Positions 27,347-38,268 of a stretch of DNA of 64,000 nucleotides are shown piece after piece (the first letter of the stretch is position 1; each line of letters opens with the position of its first letter). The stretch covers positions 73,785-137,784 of the forward strand of contig JAJVIC010000006.1 of the NCBI GenBank assembly GCA_022072225.1, read 5' to 3'. This DNA is from Bacteroidia bacterium. GTDB taxonomy: Bacteria > Bacteroidota > Bacteroidia > SXHM01. The notes under the pieces are model-generated. The model had not been told where the DNA came from and made no database searches. It saw only the letters and a list, made by a program, of their open reading frames with translations. A program made the translations under genes and the position numbers.

Positions 27347-27877
27347 CTATTCGTTGTTCTTATTTTCACGTGTTTGTAAGAGTTTACCTTTCTCGTATGT
27401 TTCTTCTTTAATTATTACTCCAGTTTCGGAATAATATTTCCAAATACCGGTCTTTACAGCATTTTTATAAATTCCTTCAATTTGAATCTGACCATTATCG
27501 TAATAAAATATTGCCCCCCCTTCTTCATAACCATCTTTCCAAAAAGTTTTTTGGGATAACTTTCCATTTTCATAAAACCCTTTTGTTTCGCCATCTTGCT
27601 TACCATTTTGCATTTGAGAAATAGACATGGTATCCCCATCTTCATAATATTGAATAATTAGACCATTTATTTCTCCTTCTTTCCAATAGGTTTCATGTTT
27701 TTTCCCACCGCTCTTATAAAATCCTGTTTGGATTCCATTTAACTTTCCATTTTGATATTGTTTTATTTCGATTAAATGACCGTCAACATCATATTGTTTT
27801 ATTTCCCCGTCCTTAATTTTACAGGATAAAATAAAACACAAAAAACAGACATTTAGTATATAAAATTTTTTTCTCAT
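27347..27877 (-). CDS. MORN-variant repeat (YwqK-like) lipoprotein, putative immunity protein
   Basis: Lipobox-like ILSC; repeats such as YYENGKL...GxxxG; 1 nt after the toxin gene. Confidence 0.75.
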   Translation of the reverse strand: MRKKFYILNVCFLCFILSCKIKDGEIKQYDVDGHLIEIKQYQNGKLNGIQTGFYKSGGKKHETYWKEGEINGLIIQYYEDGDTMSISQMQNGKQDGETKGFYENGKLSQKTFWKDGYEEGGAIFYYDNGQIQIEGIYKNAVKTGIWKYYSETGVIIKEETYEKGKLLQTRENKNNE

Positions 27878-27878
27878 A

Positions 27879-30038
27879 TTATTTTACAATTTCTTCTGTT
27901 GTATAAGTCTTTGATGATGTTTGACCTGTTGGTTGATTATTTTTATAGGTTTCTGTTGTTTCAGTTACTTGGAGACTTCTAAACTTTTCTACTTTATTGC
28001 CACCCCAAAATGTTTTAACATTTCTTGTTTGAATTTCTCCTTTCTGAATATCAAATTTGGTTACGCTATTTATGTTAAATTGGCTCTCATCATTTGGTCT
28101 TGTTAAATTAATTACTCTAGTTATATAGTTTTCTTCTACTGTTAATATATTATATTCATTTTGATTCATATAAAGCCACTCTGATTCAGCATAATTATCA
28201 TCTAAGAATGAGTATGTTCCTGTTCTTGCAGCTTCACCCCATGCTCCGTCATTGGGGGCACCAGATGTTAAACTTGCATATTCAGGTGTTGTCTTAAACA
28301 TACTTGCCAAAGCGCCTTTTGCACCATTTGATGTATGAGAAAGATTTGTTTCATGCCAATGTAATGTCTCAACATCCCAATCATATTCACCACCTTCATT
28401 TCTCGCTCTGGAGTTTCCATCCCAAGTATTTACAACATTATTAAGTAATTCTTCGTCAACAACAATTTTGATTCTATTCTTATCAAAATAATGAAAATTA
28501 TAAACGGCTGATCTATACAAATCAATTTTGAATGGCTTACCAGTTCTTGGGTCAATTGGCTCTTGTCCATCTTTATCAATAAACATAATGGGATTGTCAG
28601 CAAATGCTGCATATGGCGACCACATAGGATATTTTCTCTCTAACGGATCAACACTCATGAACCTTCCCAATCTCGCATCGTATATCCTTGCCCCAAAGTC
28701 ATACGCAAATGCCACAGGGTCGATCAATGATACGTTCTTTTTAGTGGTGTCTATTGCTGCAATAGTTTTGGTCTCCGTATCAAAAGTAAACTGCCCATAC
28801 TCTTCAAACTTTTGAGGATAGAAAACTTCCTGGAATAAGCCGCCTGTTAAAGAATAGAATTGATTGTATTCATCGGGTATTCCTTCAACAGTAAAAGGCT
28901 TTGGATTGCGGTCTGTAGGTTTCTCACCTTCTTTTGTTTGAAAACCATTTAATACCATTTCCTGGACATCCATTGGCATTTGTTTGTAGCCAAGGCGTTG
29001 CAAACGTGCGAGGTGGTTTTCCAATTCAACAAATGTTTTTTCTTTAGTGAGTTTACTAAGGTTTACTGTTTTATTGTCGCTAATTATTTTTAACATCCGT
29101 TCATTTAAAACCTGGTGTTTTAATAGCAACGCATTTAAGTTAAGGCTATCGTTTTGTAAAACAGTTTCGGCACATTGTAAAAGAAAATTATCGTCTTTAG
29201 TATTGAACTTATGTTCATACGCCTTGGCAAGATTTACCATGCACAAGCCAATGCTTTGTCTATTGTCATAACTGCGTAATGATATTCCGCTTTCAATGGC
29301 AGAACTTGTTGTATAGGTTAATGTTTGCAATATTCCATCGCCTGGATGTCCTGCGGTGGCAAGTTCAACATTATAATATTGTCCTTTTGTGTCGCGGTGT
29401 TGAATGTAAATGTGCTGCGGTGCGGTGCAAAGTTCCGCCCCTGTATTTAAGCGATCTGCCATTATTTTAAAGAATGCAGTTAAGGCAAAACAATTACCTG
29501 CTTGCTCTTTAGAATTAAGTAAATTCAGTAGTTGTGAATTACTCCAGTCTTTTATACCGAAAGGGTCCGCAGTTGAATAACTGAAAGGCAAATGAACGAG
29601 CGGATAAATACCTGTTGTATCTTCTATGTAAGTAAAAATAGCCCAATTATTAAGCGCATTTTTATAGAGTTCTTTTTTTCGTGTTGGTGAAATAGCAATT
29701 TCATTTATATCAAATCTTCCGTTTGCTTTTACCTTTGGAATGTAATTCATAGTGTCGCTGTAATCATTGGCGACTGCAAGGTTTTCAATAAAGGAAAGAT
29801 GAAAGTCTATGCTCTTTTGAAAAGTTTCATATCTGTATTGATTATTATGGAAAGGATTTTCGCTGATGAAAACGGCACGTTCAAAACTTGGAGTTTGTTT
29901 TCCTTCCATCATGTTTTTCAATTCAACAAAGGCAGAAGAAAAGTAATAGTACGTGCTGTCGTTTTTCTCGCTAGCGTGCAACGCAGCTGAGAATGCTGCG
30001 AATAGAACTGTGAGCAGCAAAAGGATTTTAGTTTTCAT
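27879..30038 (-). CDS. Secreted transglutaminase-like protein with RHS-associated core and variable C-terminal domain
   Basis: Signal peptide; GNCFAL...PQHIYI...NVEL; YDFGARIYDARLGRFMSVDPL...SPY..FADNPIMFIDKDG. Confidence 0.8.
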   Translation of the reverse strand: MKTKILLLLTVLFAAFSAALHASEKNDSTYYYFSSAFVELKNMMEGKQTPSFERAVFISENPFHNNQYRYETFQKSIDFHLSFIENLAVANDYSDTMNYIPKVKANGRFDINEIAISPTRKKELYKNALNNWAIFTYIEDTTGIYPLVHLPFSYSTADPFGIKDWSNSQLLNLLNSKEQAGNCFALTAFFKIMADRLNTGAELCTAPQHIYIQHRDTKGQYYNVELATAGHPGDGILQTLTYTTSSAIESGISLRSYDNRQSIGLCMVNLAKAYEHKFNTKDDNFLLQCAETVLQNDSLNLNALLLKHQVLNERMLKIISDNKTVNLSKLTKEKTFVELENHLARLQRLGYKQMPMDVQEMVLNGFQTKEGEKPTDRNPKPFTVEGIPDEYNQFYSLTGGLFQEVFYPQKFEEYGQFTFDTETKTIAAIDTTKKNVSLIDPVAFAYDFGARIYDARLGRFMSVDPLERKYPMWSPYAAFADNPIMFIDKDGQEPIDPRTGKPFKIDLYRSAVYNFHYFDKNRIKIVVDEELLNNVVNTWDGNSRARNEGGEYDWDVETLHWHETNLSHTSNGAKGALASMFKTTPEYASLTSGAPNDGAWGEAARTGTYSFLDDNYAESEWLYMNQNEYNILTVEENYITRVINLTRPNDESQFNINSVTKFDIQKGEIQTRNVKTFWGGNKVEKFRSLQVTETTETYKNNQPTGQTSSKTYTTEEIVK

Positions 30039-30062
30039 ATTATCGGTTTTTCGTTTATAAAA

Positions 30063-31571
30063 TTACTTAGAAAAAAATAAGTCGCGTGGTTGTCGTCCGT
30101 TTATTTTGCTTGCCCGTTGTAGTTTTTGTTTGGTATCGTAATACTTCATCAGTTGCATGTAATCGCTTTCGGGAAATTCCTGAATACCTGCTGTGTTTTC
30201 CTGTTCCATGAAATTAGTCAGGTTATTGTAAGCTGCAAAAGTTTCGGGGTCTTTTTCAATTTGAGAAAAATCGGTATAGCGTTTTGTTTGAACCTGCGTA
30301 TTGAGTTCATCAGCTAAAAGTCGTTTGTTTAAATACCTGAACGAACCATTGACATAATCTTTATTCGGAAAATAAGTTGCTGCTGTGTTCATGCAGTCGC
30401 GGATAAATTGCTTGTCGTAAAGCCAGTGTTCTTTTACATAGGTTACGGCAAGATCAATCATAACGGAAGCAATAATTTGTTTTTTGTTCAGGTTGGTGAT
30501 GTAAATTTTGTTGTTCATTGCTTTAGCCATGCGGGGTAAGGTTTCAAGATAAAACTGGTCGGGCATAATACTACCTGTTGTGGTTTCAAAATTGAGCGTT
30601 GCACCCAAATGGTTTTTATAACGAATGAAAGAATGCGAAAGCGAATAGCCAAGAAAAGCATCAATTTTCAAAGCTTCGGCATGAATGAGATAAGCAGTGG
30701 GAAGCGTGTGGCATTGACCGCCACCGGTGGCAAGAATTTTTGTTACAAAATAATTGGTTCTGTTTTCGGCAGGGTCATAATTGAGGTAATCATAAAAGAA
30801 AGGTGCATGTGCTTTATCTTCTTTTTTTAGAAATAAGGTATCAGAATTAAAACGCTGAATACCCATGTGAAGCATTTCGGGGTCGGACATATTCATGTTG
30901 TTCTCTTTCAGCCACTGCCTAATGAAATCAACATTCTGCGTGATAATGCTTTTGTATTGCTCATAAGAAAGCAACACATTTCCGTAAGCAGCCTCTTCGT
31001 AATAATAAGCATCGGCAATTGAAAGGGCTGTGCGCTCTTCCAACATATCTTTCAATTTAGTGAAAGCATTTTGATAGTTTACAAAATCGTTTTTGTAAAC
31101 AGAACTCTTATAATAATCATCGTTAAATTTCAGCTTGTTATTTGAAACCTCAAACAACAAGTCATTGAACTCTTTCATTTGTTTTTGTTGGGAGCTTTGC
31201 TCCGGTGGTCGTCCGTTTAATTGGTTTTGTTGCTGTGCATTTATCTGTTGTTGTGTTGCTTGCTTGCTGTTGCCATACACAGCTAAATTTTGTTGCTGCT
31301 TTAGAATGTCGTCAGCGGTTGTGCCATTACCTTTGCGCTGCTTCATGTCATTAGTCATTGTTTGTGCACTATTGACGGGATACGACCATCCAAAGGGTGT
31401 CAATTCGGGCATAAAAACATCGTTCTGCTGTTTAATAAGAATGCTGTCGCCAAGCGTATTATACATGCTGCTAATGCTACCAACTTTTTGTTGTGCATTA
31501 GAAGAAGGACAATAGAATAACAATATAATCGTTATGCTTTTTAGAACTAAAAAAATTACCCGCTGAACCAT
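30063..31571 (-). CDS. Secreted transglutaminase-like protein (paralogue of the downstream N-terminal domain)
   Basis: Signal peptide, Gln-rich linker, GQCHTLP...SHSFIRY...NFETT. Confidence 0.7.
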   Translation of the reverse strand: MVQRVIFLVLKSITIILLFYCPSSNAQQKVGSISSMYNTLGDSILIKQQNDVFMPELTPFGWSYPVNSAQTMTNDMKQRKGNGTTADDILKQQQNLAVYGNSKQATQQQINAQQQNQLNGRPPEQSSQQKQMKEFNDLLFEVSNNKLKFNDDYYKSSVYKNDFVNYQNAFTKLKDMLEERTALSIADAYYYEEAAYGNVLLSYEQYKSIITQNVDFIRQWLKENNMNMSDPEMLHMGIQRFNSDTLFLKKEDKAHAPFFYDYLNYDPAENRTNYFVTKILATGGGQCHTLPTAYLIHAEALKIDAFLGYSLSHSFIRYKNHLGATLNFETTTGSIMPDQFYLETLPRMAKAMNNKIYITNLNKKQIIASVMIDLAVTYVKEHWLYDKQFIRDCMNTAATYFPNKDYVNGSFRYLNKRLLADELNTQVQTKRYTDFSQIEKDPETFAAYNNLTNFMEQENTAGIQEFPESDYMQLMKYYDTKQKLQRASKINGRQPRDLFFSK

Positions 31572-31641
31572 CTGGTTTTGAAATGGTTTGTAGAGTAAAA
31601 TTAGAAAAATTTATCAATTCCAATGAACTTATTACATTGCA

Positions 31642-33375
31642 ATGTTTATGGAGCTATATAAAACAAAATCTTCTGACATTTATACTGAGTTTACTCATTG
31701 GGATCGTGCTATTGAGAATAGACTTTTTGAAGAGAATTGCAGGGTAATTAAGCTTGTATGTTTATATAAAGCAGTTTTTAGAAATTGTCATTTTGAAAAA
31801 GATACCCTTTTGGGCAATTGCACTTTTGAGAATGATGTCTTATTTAATACCTGCACATTCAGTGAAGAAATTGTTTTTAAGAATTCTGAATTTAAAAAAG
31901 GACTAAAATTTGAAAATTGTACATTTCAAAAGGAACTAGTATTTAATGATTGCACCGTCCATGATATTCTTTGTAAGAATAGTACTGGAAATGAAATTTA
32001 TTTCAGTGGCTATATAAAGAATAATGCGGTTAAGAATCACGAAATTATTTTTGATGATGTTACATTTGAAAAAATAAAGTTTGAACATATAGAACTATTT
32101 AAACCAATTAAATTCCTCTCAGTGGAATTTAAAGAAGTATGGTTTCATCATTGTCATGCAGAAGCACCTATGACATTTGGAGATAGTGAAAAGGACATTT
32201 ACTTTAAATCAAAAAAGATTGATGTTGAATCTTCAAAATTCTTCCATCGGATTGATTTCTTAAAAGGTGTAATTACTGAATTTGCACGTTTCCATAAGGT
32301 TGATTTCAATGAACAAGTAGTTTGGAGGGATACATTTCATACAAATAGTATAGAGCTTATGGAAGTTCGTGCTAAATATGATGTATGTCTTGACTTTAGA
32401 AACAATACAACACATTTATATTTTCAAAATTGTTGGTTTGATACAAGCTTTACTATATTTAATATAAATCCAGCATTGAATTCTATTGAAGATAGAGTAA
32501 CTGTTGATTTTTACGGCATCATTCATGGCAATTATATAATTGCTGATTTACCGACACTTTCAATTACTATTTCGTGTATAAATTTTGGAAATATTCTATT
32601 CAATAATGTTTCGACTAAACTAATTCACTTAAATAGATTCTATAATTACAACAAGCTATTTTTTAATAGCATCAAGCTTGACCCTACTTTTAATGTATTA
32701 ACGATAATCGATTCAAATATTAATAATACAGAATTTGAAAATATCGATTTCACAAAATTCAATGAAGTAGTGATAACTAAAAGTGATGTCAGCAGTATGC
32801 TATTGTCTAACTCGCTTTTTCCGAAGCAAATTCAGATTAAAACCAATAATCCTCAATTAGGCTACGGAATTGAAGTACAGGAAGAAGCTAATCGGAATAT
32901 GTACTTCAGAGAATCATATCGTCAATTAAAAATGGCAATGGAAAAATCAGGGAACCGTTACTACGCTCTGCTGTATAAATCCAAAGAAATGTATTATCAG
33001 AGAAAAGAATTTGGATGGGGATGGGATAAAATTCTGCTTACGCTTAATTATTTGACAAACAATAATGGGATAAGCTGGGGACGAGGAATTGTATTCACTC
33101 TACTTTGTGCATTAGGCTCTTTTTTTGCTTTAAACTCATTGATTAACGAACCTTATTTTTATTGGGGTTTCTCTTATTCAGGACTGGAAACTCTCCAAGC
33201 ATTTAAAATAGGATTTAAACAATATATAAACTATCTATCCTCTTATCCAAGATTAACAATAGATGAAGGAGTAACTTCTAACTGGAAAATAAACAGTGTT
33301 GTTTTATTGTCACGAATATTAGTGAGCATTGGAATATTTCAAACAATTTTTGCATTTAGAAAATATGGCAAGTAA
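31642..33375 (+). CDS. Pentapeptide-repeat protein with C-terminal TM helices
   Basis: Repeated FxNCxF/FENCTF units; hydrophobic C-terminus (TNNNGISWGRG). Confidence 0.75.
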   Translation: MFMELYKTKSSDIYTEFTHWDRAIENRLFEENCRVIKLVCLYKAVFRNCHFEKDTLLGNCTFENDVLFNTCTFSEEIVFKNSEFKKGLKFENCTFQKELVFNDCTVHDILCKNSTGNEIYFSGYIKNNAVKNHEIIFDDVTFEKIKFEHIELFKPIKFLSVEFKEVWFHHCHAEAPMTFGDSEKDIYFKSKKIDVESSKFFHRIDFLKGVITEFARFHKVDFNEQVVWRDTFHTNSIELMEVRAKYDVCLDFRNNTTHLYFQNCWFDTSFTIFNINPALNSIEDRVTVDFYGIIHGNYIIADLPTLSITISCINFGNILFNNVSTKLIHLNRFYNYNKLFFNSIKLDPTFNVLTIIDSNINNTEFENIDFTKFNEVVITKSDVSSMLLSNSLFPKQIQIKTNNPQLGYGIEVQEEANRNMYFRESYRQLKMAMEKSGNRYYALLYKSKEMYYQRKEFGWGWDKILLTLNYLTNNNGISWGRGIVFTLLCALGSFFALNSLINEPYFYWGFSYSGLETLQAFKIGFKQYINYLSSYPRLTIDEGVTSNWKINSVVLLSRILVSIGIFQTIFAFRKYGK

Positions 33376-33401
33376 TAAGAATAAGGAAAACCGATTAATG
33401 T

Positions 33402-34655
33402 CTATTCTACATTAAATCCAGCCTTCTTACTTAAGGATTTGAGAAAATTTTCAAATTCGGTTTCCCATAATTCTTCATGACTTTGCGTTTCCAAGGGAAC
33501 GGTCAATGACTTATTATCGGATTTGGCAGTTACTTGCCATTTCTGAATATTGGAATCGTTTTTATGTTTTAGTGGTTGCAATCGTAATTCAGAGTTTTTC
33601 CCGTTATATATACCTTGTAGTTTCTCCCAGATGTTATTCTCGGTTTTTAAAAGTGCTGCCATGGGACTATTATAGTGTTTTTGACTATATACGAATAAAA
33701 AATTCCTATTCTGAGAATGATCGATAACATTCACACTGAAAATTTCACTTTTAAATGAGATACGCCTCTTATTCCAGATTGCACTTCCTTCAAAATAAAA
33801 TTTGTAATACCCTGGAACAACAATCTTTGATAATTCCAACAGCAATGTTTCAGAAGTTTTTGGAAGTACTGAATATATTTTGGCATCAGGGAGTACTGCA
33901 ATGGATTTTCCAATTATTTCGCTGGGGTGAAAATATAACCGTGTCGGTTCATTAATGCCTCGGAGTGTATGTTGTCTGATAATTCGTTTTTGAGTGTTTT
34001 GAATATATTGTGTTGTGATGACGTTTAATGTAAGTACATCAAGTTTTTCGTTTGATTTATTCGTTAGTTGTAACCAAACCTGATACGAACTTTCGGTATG
34101 AGATTTTATGACCCGAGTATCGACTATAAAGTAATCATAGGCATTGGGTTTGGGTGAATCAAAAAAATCAAACCTTACTGCTTGAGGGGTATAAATATGT
34201 GGTTCCACTGGAGTTGAAATAACATAATCTTCCAGACCCAATTTTTGTAAGGCAGCTTTACTCTGAATAAATTTACTTTCTAAACTTTCTCCTATCCAAA
34301 GCTCTATTGCAAAAGGCACTTCTGTGTTTTCTAGGATGTGATGTAATTCATTGCTTAAATCAGTAGGACTGACAATCACGAACCGATCAATATCTTTTGC
34401 ATCATGCCATACGAGCTTTGAAGCTATGTCGGTAACGTTAAGCTTACGATTTAAGTTTTTACACTCAAATTTCCAGACTTCATATTGACCTAATTCATGC
34501 GAATATTTTCTTGCAGAAATATCATATCCGAATTGACTGCCCGCATTTTGCAAACGAACATTTTCAAACCCAATATCTTTCAATAATTCATATACAAGTT
34601 TTTCGAAATATTTTCCCTTATTGGGTAGCGACAATAGTTTCTCAATTATTTTCAT
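33402..34655 (-). CDS. Mrr-like restriction endonuclease domain protein
   Basis: FEKLVYELL..IGF...GYDISA...WKFECKN at N-terminus. Confidence 0.75.
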   Translation of the reverse strand: MKIIEKLLSLPNKGKYFEKLVYELLKDIGFENVRLQNAGSQFGYDISARKYSHELGQYEVWKFECKNLNRKLNVTDIASKLVWHDAKDIDRFVIVSPTDLSNELHHILENTEVPFAIELWIGESLESKFIQSKAALQKLGLEDYVISTPVEPHIYTPQAVRFDFFDSPKPNAYDYFIVDTRVIKSHTESSYQVWLQLTNKSNEKLDVLTLNVITTQYIQNTQKRIIRQHTLRGINEPTRLYFHPSEIIGKSIAVLPDAKIYSVLPKTSETLLLELSKIVVPGYYKFYFEGSAIWNKRRISFKSEIFSVNVIDHSQNRNFLFVYSQKHYNSPMAALLKTENNIWEKLQGIYNGKNSELRLQPLKHKNDSNIQKWQVTAKSDNKSLTVPLETQSHEELWETEFENFLKSLSKKAGFNVE

Positions 34656-34663
34656 TCACATCA

Positions 34664-37600
34664 CTATTTTTTATTTCTCCTCAAAGAATTTAAAATGGTA
34701 TTTGCCACTTGTTGCTGTGAATCGGAACTTGCTGTTCCCACATTTACTTTTATCCGATAACCTTTCACTATTTTTTCTTCCGGCTGCTTTTGAATTGTGC
34801 TTAAGAAGGTAAAGAGTTCTGCGGTTTGACAGCACACAATATTTTTCAGTTCTGTTTTACTGAAATGTGTTTCGCACAAAGTCTGTATTCTCCCTAAGTG
34901 TACTGTGTTCTCTGAACACACAAACACCTTTGAATATCCCGCATGGAAACATTTCTTAATATTTCCGACTTCGTATTCTTTCGTATTGGTAACTGCGATT
35001 TCACACGCTATTTTCAAATTGTCCTTTATTAACCCTACATCAACTCTGCCTTTGCCATCTGGTGTTGGTTCTTCAATCACTGCTTTAAATCCATATCCCT
35101 CTGCTATGCGTTTAATGAGTTCTTGCAAGTAGCGATGTTCTCGCATTTCACGTTTCTGTTCTTCTTTCTCGGTGAACTCTTTTCCTTTCTGCTGTATTGC
35201 TTCATCTGCCTCTTTAAACTCAGGTTGTGGTTGTTCTTTTGGCTGTTCAGGTTGTGGTTCTTGTTTAGCTTCTTGCTTTGGAATTTCTGTTTTTTCAGTC
35301 TCAGCTTTTCGTTCTGAAAATCGTAGTGACTGTGCTAAAAGTTCTTCAACTTCTTCTCGCGGTTTACCATAAGCACTTCGTGAAAGTATTGCTACTTTAT
35401 TCCGTACCAACTGTGCATACTTTTCGTTCTTTGCTTCAATGAAAGGAATTGCAATATTGAAATCATTGTCTTTGCGTTCAACTCGTACAATAGCTTGTCC
35501 GGTATTTAGATTCTGAATATCTGTTTCGTCAAAAGATGAAAAGCTGTTTGCAAGTTGTTTGGCATCTTCTTCACCGCATCTGAAGCATACGCGCGTTGCG
35601 GGATTTGAAAGCACTGAATTTGCAAGCTCTTTATCTAACGTTCGTAACTGTTCCAAATCCTGATGCGCCAAAACAAGCCCTAATCCATACTTCCGTGCCC
35701 CTGAAAGGATGGAGCTCATGGATGGTGTTATAAAATGTTGAAATTCGTCTATATAGAGAAAAAACGGTAAACGTGCCTCTTCCTTCATATTCTGCCTGTG
35801 AAGCGCTGCCTGGTGCAATTTTGCCACGATAATAGAGCCTAAGAGGTAGCTGTTATCCTCTCCGATTAGCCCTTGTGAGAGCTTTACTAAAAATATCTTC
35901 TTGGAATTTATGACATCATGAAAGTCTATCCCGCTTTTTTGGACCATCATATTGCGTACAATCCTCGGACGCAAAAAGGTATCAAGCCTTGTTAAGATTG
36001 GTGCAATGGAATTAGAGCGCAGAAGCGGGAATTCTTTTTTCCAGTAATACACAATATTGGGGTCGTTTACTTTCTGCAATGTTTTTGCACGAAAGGCATC
36101 ATCTGTCAGGAATTGGCGCAAATCCAGAAATGTTCCTCCATCTTCATGTTCTAAGAATGCAATTACTGCATTAGCCAAAACAGAAGTCATCTGATCGCCC
36201 CAACTAGTCGCAAACCGTTTAAACAGAGAAACAATATCTGAAGAAAGAATAATTTTTTCAGGTTCTGTTTTTGCAAATAATAAATTCAGTCCTACGGGGT
36301 AATCGGTATCAGATGGGTCAAGTAATACGACATCTTTAATTCTGTGTGCGGGAATATGCTCAATCGCTTTTTCTATTAAGTCACCATGCGGGTCAAGAAC
36401 GCAAAGTCCATTTCCTAATTGCATATCTTGAATAATGGATTGCAAAAGGAAATTTGATTTGCCCGTGCCCGTTGCTCCTATGACATGAGTGTGTCGCAAG
36501 CGTTGCTGAACTGAAAGTGCGGCTTTTCGTTCTTGCCCCAAATAGTTATTTAAGCCTAAAACAAAATCGTGATGCAATACTGCTTCTGGTGCTGGCTTTG
36601 TTTTTCCTTGGTAGGTGCGAAGTTTTGGCGCGGAAACAGTCATATCCGGTATATGCACAATGGACGCAAGCTCTCCCGCATTTAAAATCATTCCTGTTCT
36701 TCGGGACAAACGATTTTCAACATCTTCTAAAACACAGTCAATACTTTGAATGGGAACTGACGTAAAACTATTGCACCCTTGTCGGTGTAGTGCAGATAAA
36801 CTTTGCACTATCTCATTATTAAGCGACATAGCCTTGTCAACGGTATGGCTAATCGTCAGCACTCGAATAGTTGCAACGAATAAAGGCTTTGACACTTTTT
36901 CCTGAACCAGTTTCGCCATGTCAGGGTCATTCCTGAAAAAAGATTTTCCATGATGGTCTGTTGCAGCTCGCATCATACTTTGCGCCCATTGGTTTACTGT
37001 GCCTTTAAATAACACCTGCACAATAGCACGTTCATTTTTTTGTACTGTTCCTAAGACAGATAGGCAGCCCGCTAATGGGTCGGGACTAAACTTGTCATAG
37101 CATTTGATGGGTCTCATGAATTCCTGGGCAAGTCCAAGTTCATGGATGGCAAACCCCATATGGTCTTCCACATTTTGAAGGAGCATATTTTCAAATTCTG
37201 AAACAACAACGGTCGGCAAATATTCTTCGACATAGCTGCGGACTATTGAAACGTCTTGTGCATCACAGCTTAATTGAATTTGAATCTTGTCATGGTGTCC
37301 AACAATTTCAAACGAAAGAGTATTTCTCGTGTTTGATAGCAACACTAATAACTGTTCAATAAAGCCTAATTCAATACGCGTATCTTTTTGAAACGAAAAA
37401 TGAAGTTCACGAATACGAGGTCTTTCGTCTATGACATTGTATGCATTGATAGGATATAACTCTTGGAGATATTGAACGGCCTCTTCTGTCTGCGGCTGTT
37501 CTTTTTCTTTTGTTCCAAAGAGTGTAGAGAATGCATCAACAACGGTTGGGAAAAATCGCGGTCGTACACCATCATCAATTGTGGTTTGATATTGTGGTGG

Positions 37601-37735
37601 TAAATGACCAAAAAAGGGAATGAATTCAGGCTCTAACTCAACGGGGTCTTGAAACACATTCCATCCTCGTCCACGCTGTTCCCACGTGTAAAATTGGGCG
37701 GTGTAAAATTCTTCAAGCGAATATCCGTTATGCAT
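34664..37735 (-). CDS. VirD4/HerA-like ATPase with long N-terminal domain and C-terminal PD-(D/E)xK-like domain
   Basis: GATGTGKS, LDPHGDL, YIDEFQ, LAHQ; P/E/Q linker; EHRYLQ...GRVDV...IACEI. Confidence 0.85.
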   Translation of the reverse strand: MHNGYSLEEFYTAQFYTWEQRGRGWNVFQDPVELEPEFIPFFGHLPPQYQTTIDDGVRPRFFPTVVDAFSTLFGTKEKEQPQTEEAVQYLQELYPINAYNVIDERPRIRELHFSFQKDTRIELGFIEQLLVLLSNTRNTLSFEIVGHHDKIQIQLSCDAQDVSIVRSYVEEYLPTVVVSEFENMLLQNVEDHMGFAIHELGLAQEFMRPIKCYDKFSPDPLAGCLSVLGTVQKNERAIVQVLFKGTVNQWAQSMMRAATDHHGKSFFRNDPDMAKLVQEKVSKPLFVATIRVLTISHTVDKAMSLNNEIVQSLSALHRQGCNSFTSVPIQSIDCVLEDVENRLSRRTGMILNAGELASIVHIPDMTVSAPKLRTYQGKTKPAPEAVLHHDFVLGLNNYLGQERKAALSVQQRLRHTHVIGATGTGKSNFLLQSIIQDMQLGNGLCVLDPHGDLIEKAIEHIPAHRIKDVVLLDPSDTDYPVGLNLLFAKTEPEKIILSSDIVSLFKRFATSWGDQMTSVLANAVIAFLEHEDGGTFLDLRQFLTDDAFRAKTLQKVNDPNIVYYWKKEFPLLRSNSIAPILTRLDTFLRPRIVRNMMVQKSGIDFHDVINSKKIFLVKLSQGLIGEDNSYLLGSIIVAKLHQAALHRQNMKEEARLPFFLYIDEFQHFITPSMSSILSGARKYGLGLVLAHQDLEQLRTLDKELANSVLSNPATRVCFRCGEEDAKQLANSFSSFDETDIQNLNTGQAIVRVERKDNDFNIAIPFIEAKNEKYAQLVRNKVAILSRSAYGKPREEVEELLAQSLRFSERKAETEKTEIPKQEAKQEPQPEQPKEQPQPEFKEADEAIQQKGKEFTEKEEQKREMREHRYLQELIKRIAEGYGFKAVIEEPTPDGKGRVDVGLIKDNLKIACEIAVTNTKEYEVGNIKKCFHAGYSKVFVCSENTVHLGRIQTLCETHFSKTELKNIVCCQTAELFTFLSTIQKQPEEKIVKGYRIKVNVGTASSDSQQQVANTILNSLRRNKK

Positions 37736-38216
37736 TCATCGGAGTGGTGTTTGGTTTCCGCTCAAATTCAGACAGTGATTTAATTCCTTTCGGTTGGGTA
37801 ATGGTATCTATGACATTCAAGATACTTTGATGCACACTGGAACGGAACATGGTTGCAGTATCAATGACATAGTAGGGTTTGTATTGCATACGCTCTACAA
37901 TCTTTTCTCCGATGTATGGAATCTTAATTAATAGCTCTTGCCAAAAACTGATTTTTTCTCTCAGCCACCATGAAACAAAAAAGCCGGTGCCAAATGGTGC
38001 TGCACAAATATGAAAGATGTAATCCTTTCGCTTTACTTCAAAGTAGAGTCGGTTCTTCGACATTAATCCACCTTCACTGAGTGTAAGGGTTTTCATCTTG
38101 ACATCTGGCAACTGTCTGCGCGTTATTTCTGCTTCGACATTTTTGTAAAAATCTTTTGCTGAAAATTGGAAATCATCAAAGAGATGATTCCAGTTGGAAG
38201 TAGCGACTGAACTCAT
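37728..38216 (-). CDS. Hypothetical protein coupled to the ATPase gene
   Basis: 162-aa ORF, 8-nt overlap. Confidence 0.75.
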   Translation of the reverse strand: MSSVATSNWNHLFDDFQFSAKDFYKNVEAEITRRQLPDVKMKTLTLSEGGLMSKNRLYFEVKRKDYIFHICAAPFGTGFFVSWWLREKISFWQELLIKIPYIGEKIVERMQYKPYYVIDTATMFRSSVHQSILNVIDTITQPKGIKSLSEFERKPNTTPMNA

Positions 38217-38268
38217 GGTTAAAGATTTTGGTTTTATATACTAATTAAAAAAGTTTTACCATTAAAAT

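Noticed and set aside
35215..35290. Short repeats TCAGGTTGTGGTT in the ATPase gene
   Set aside because: They encode a low-complexity P/E/Q linker, not an independent repeat element.
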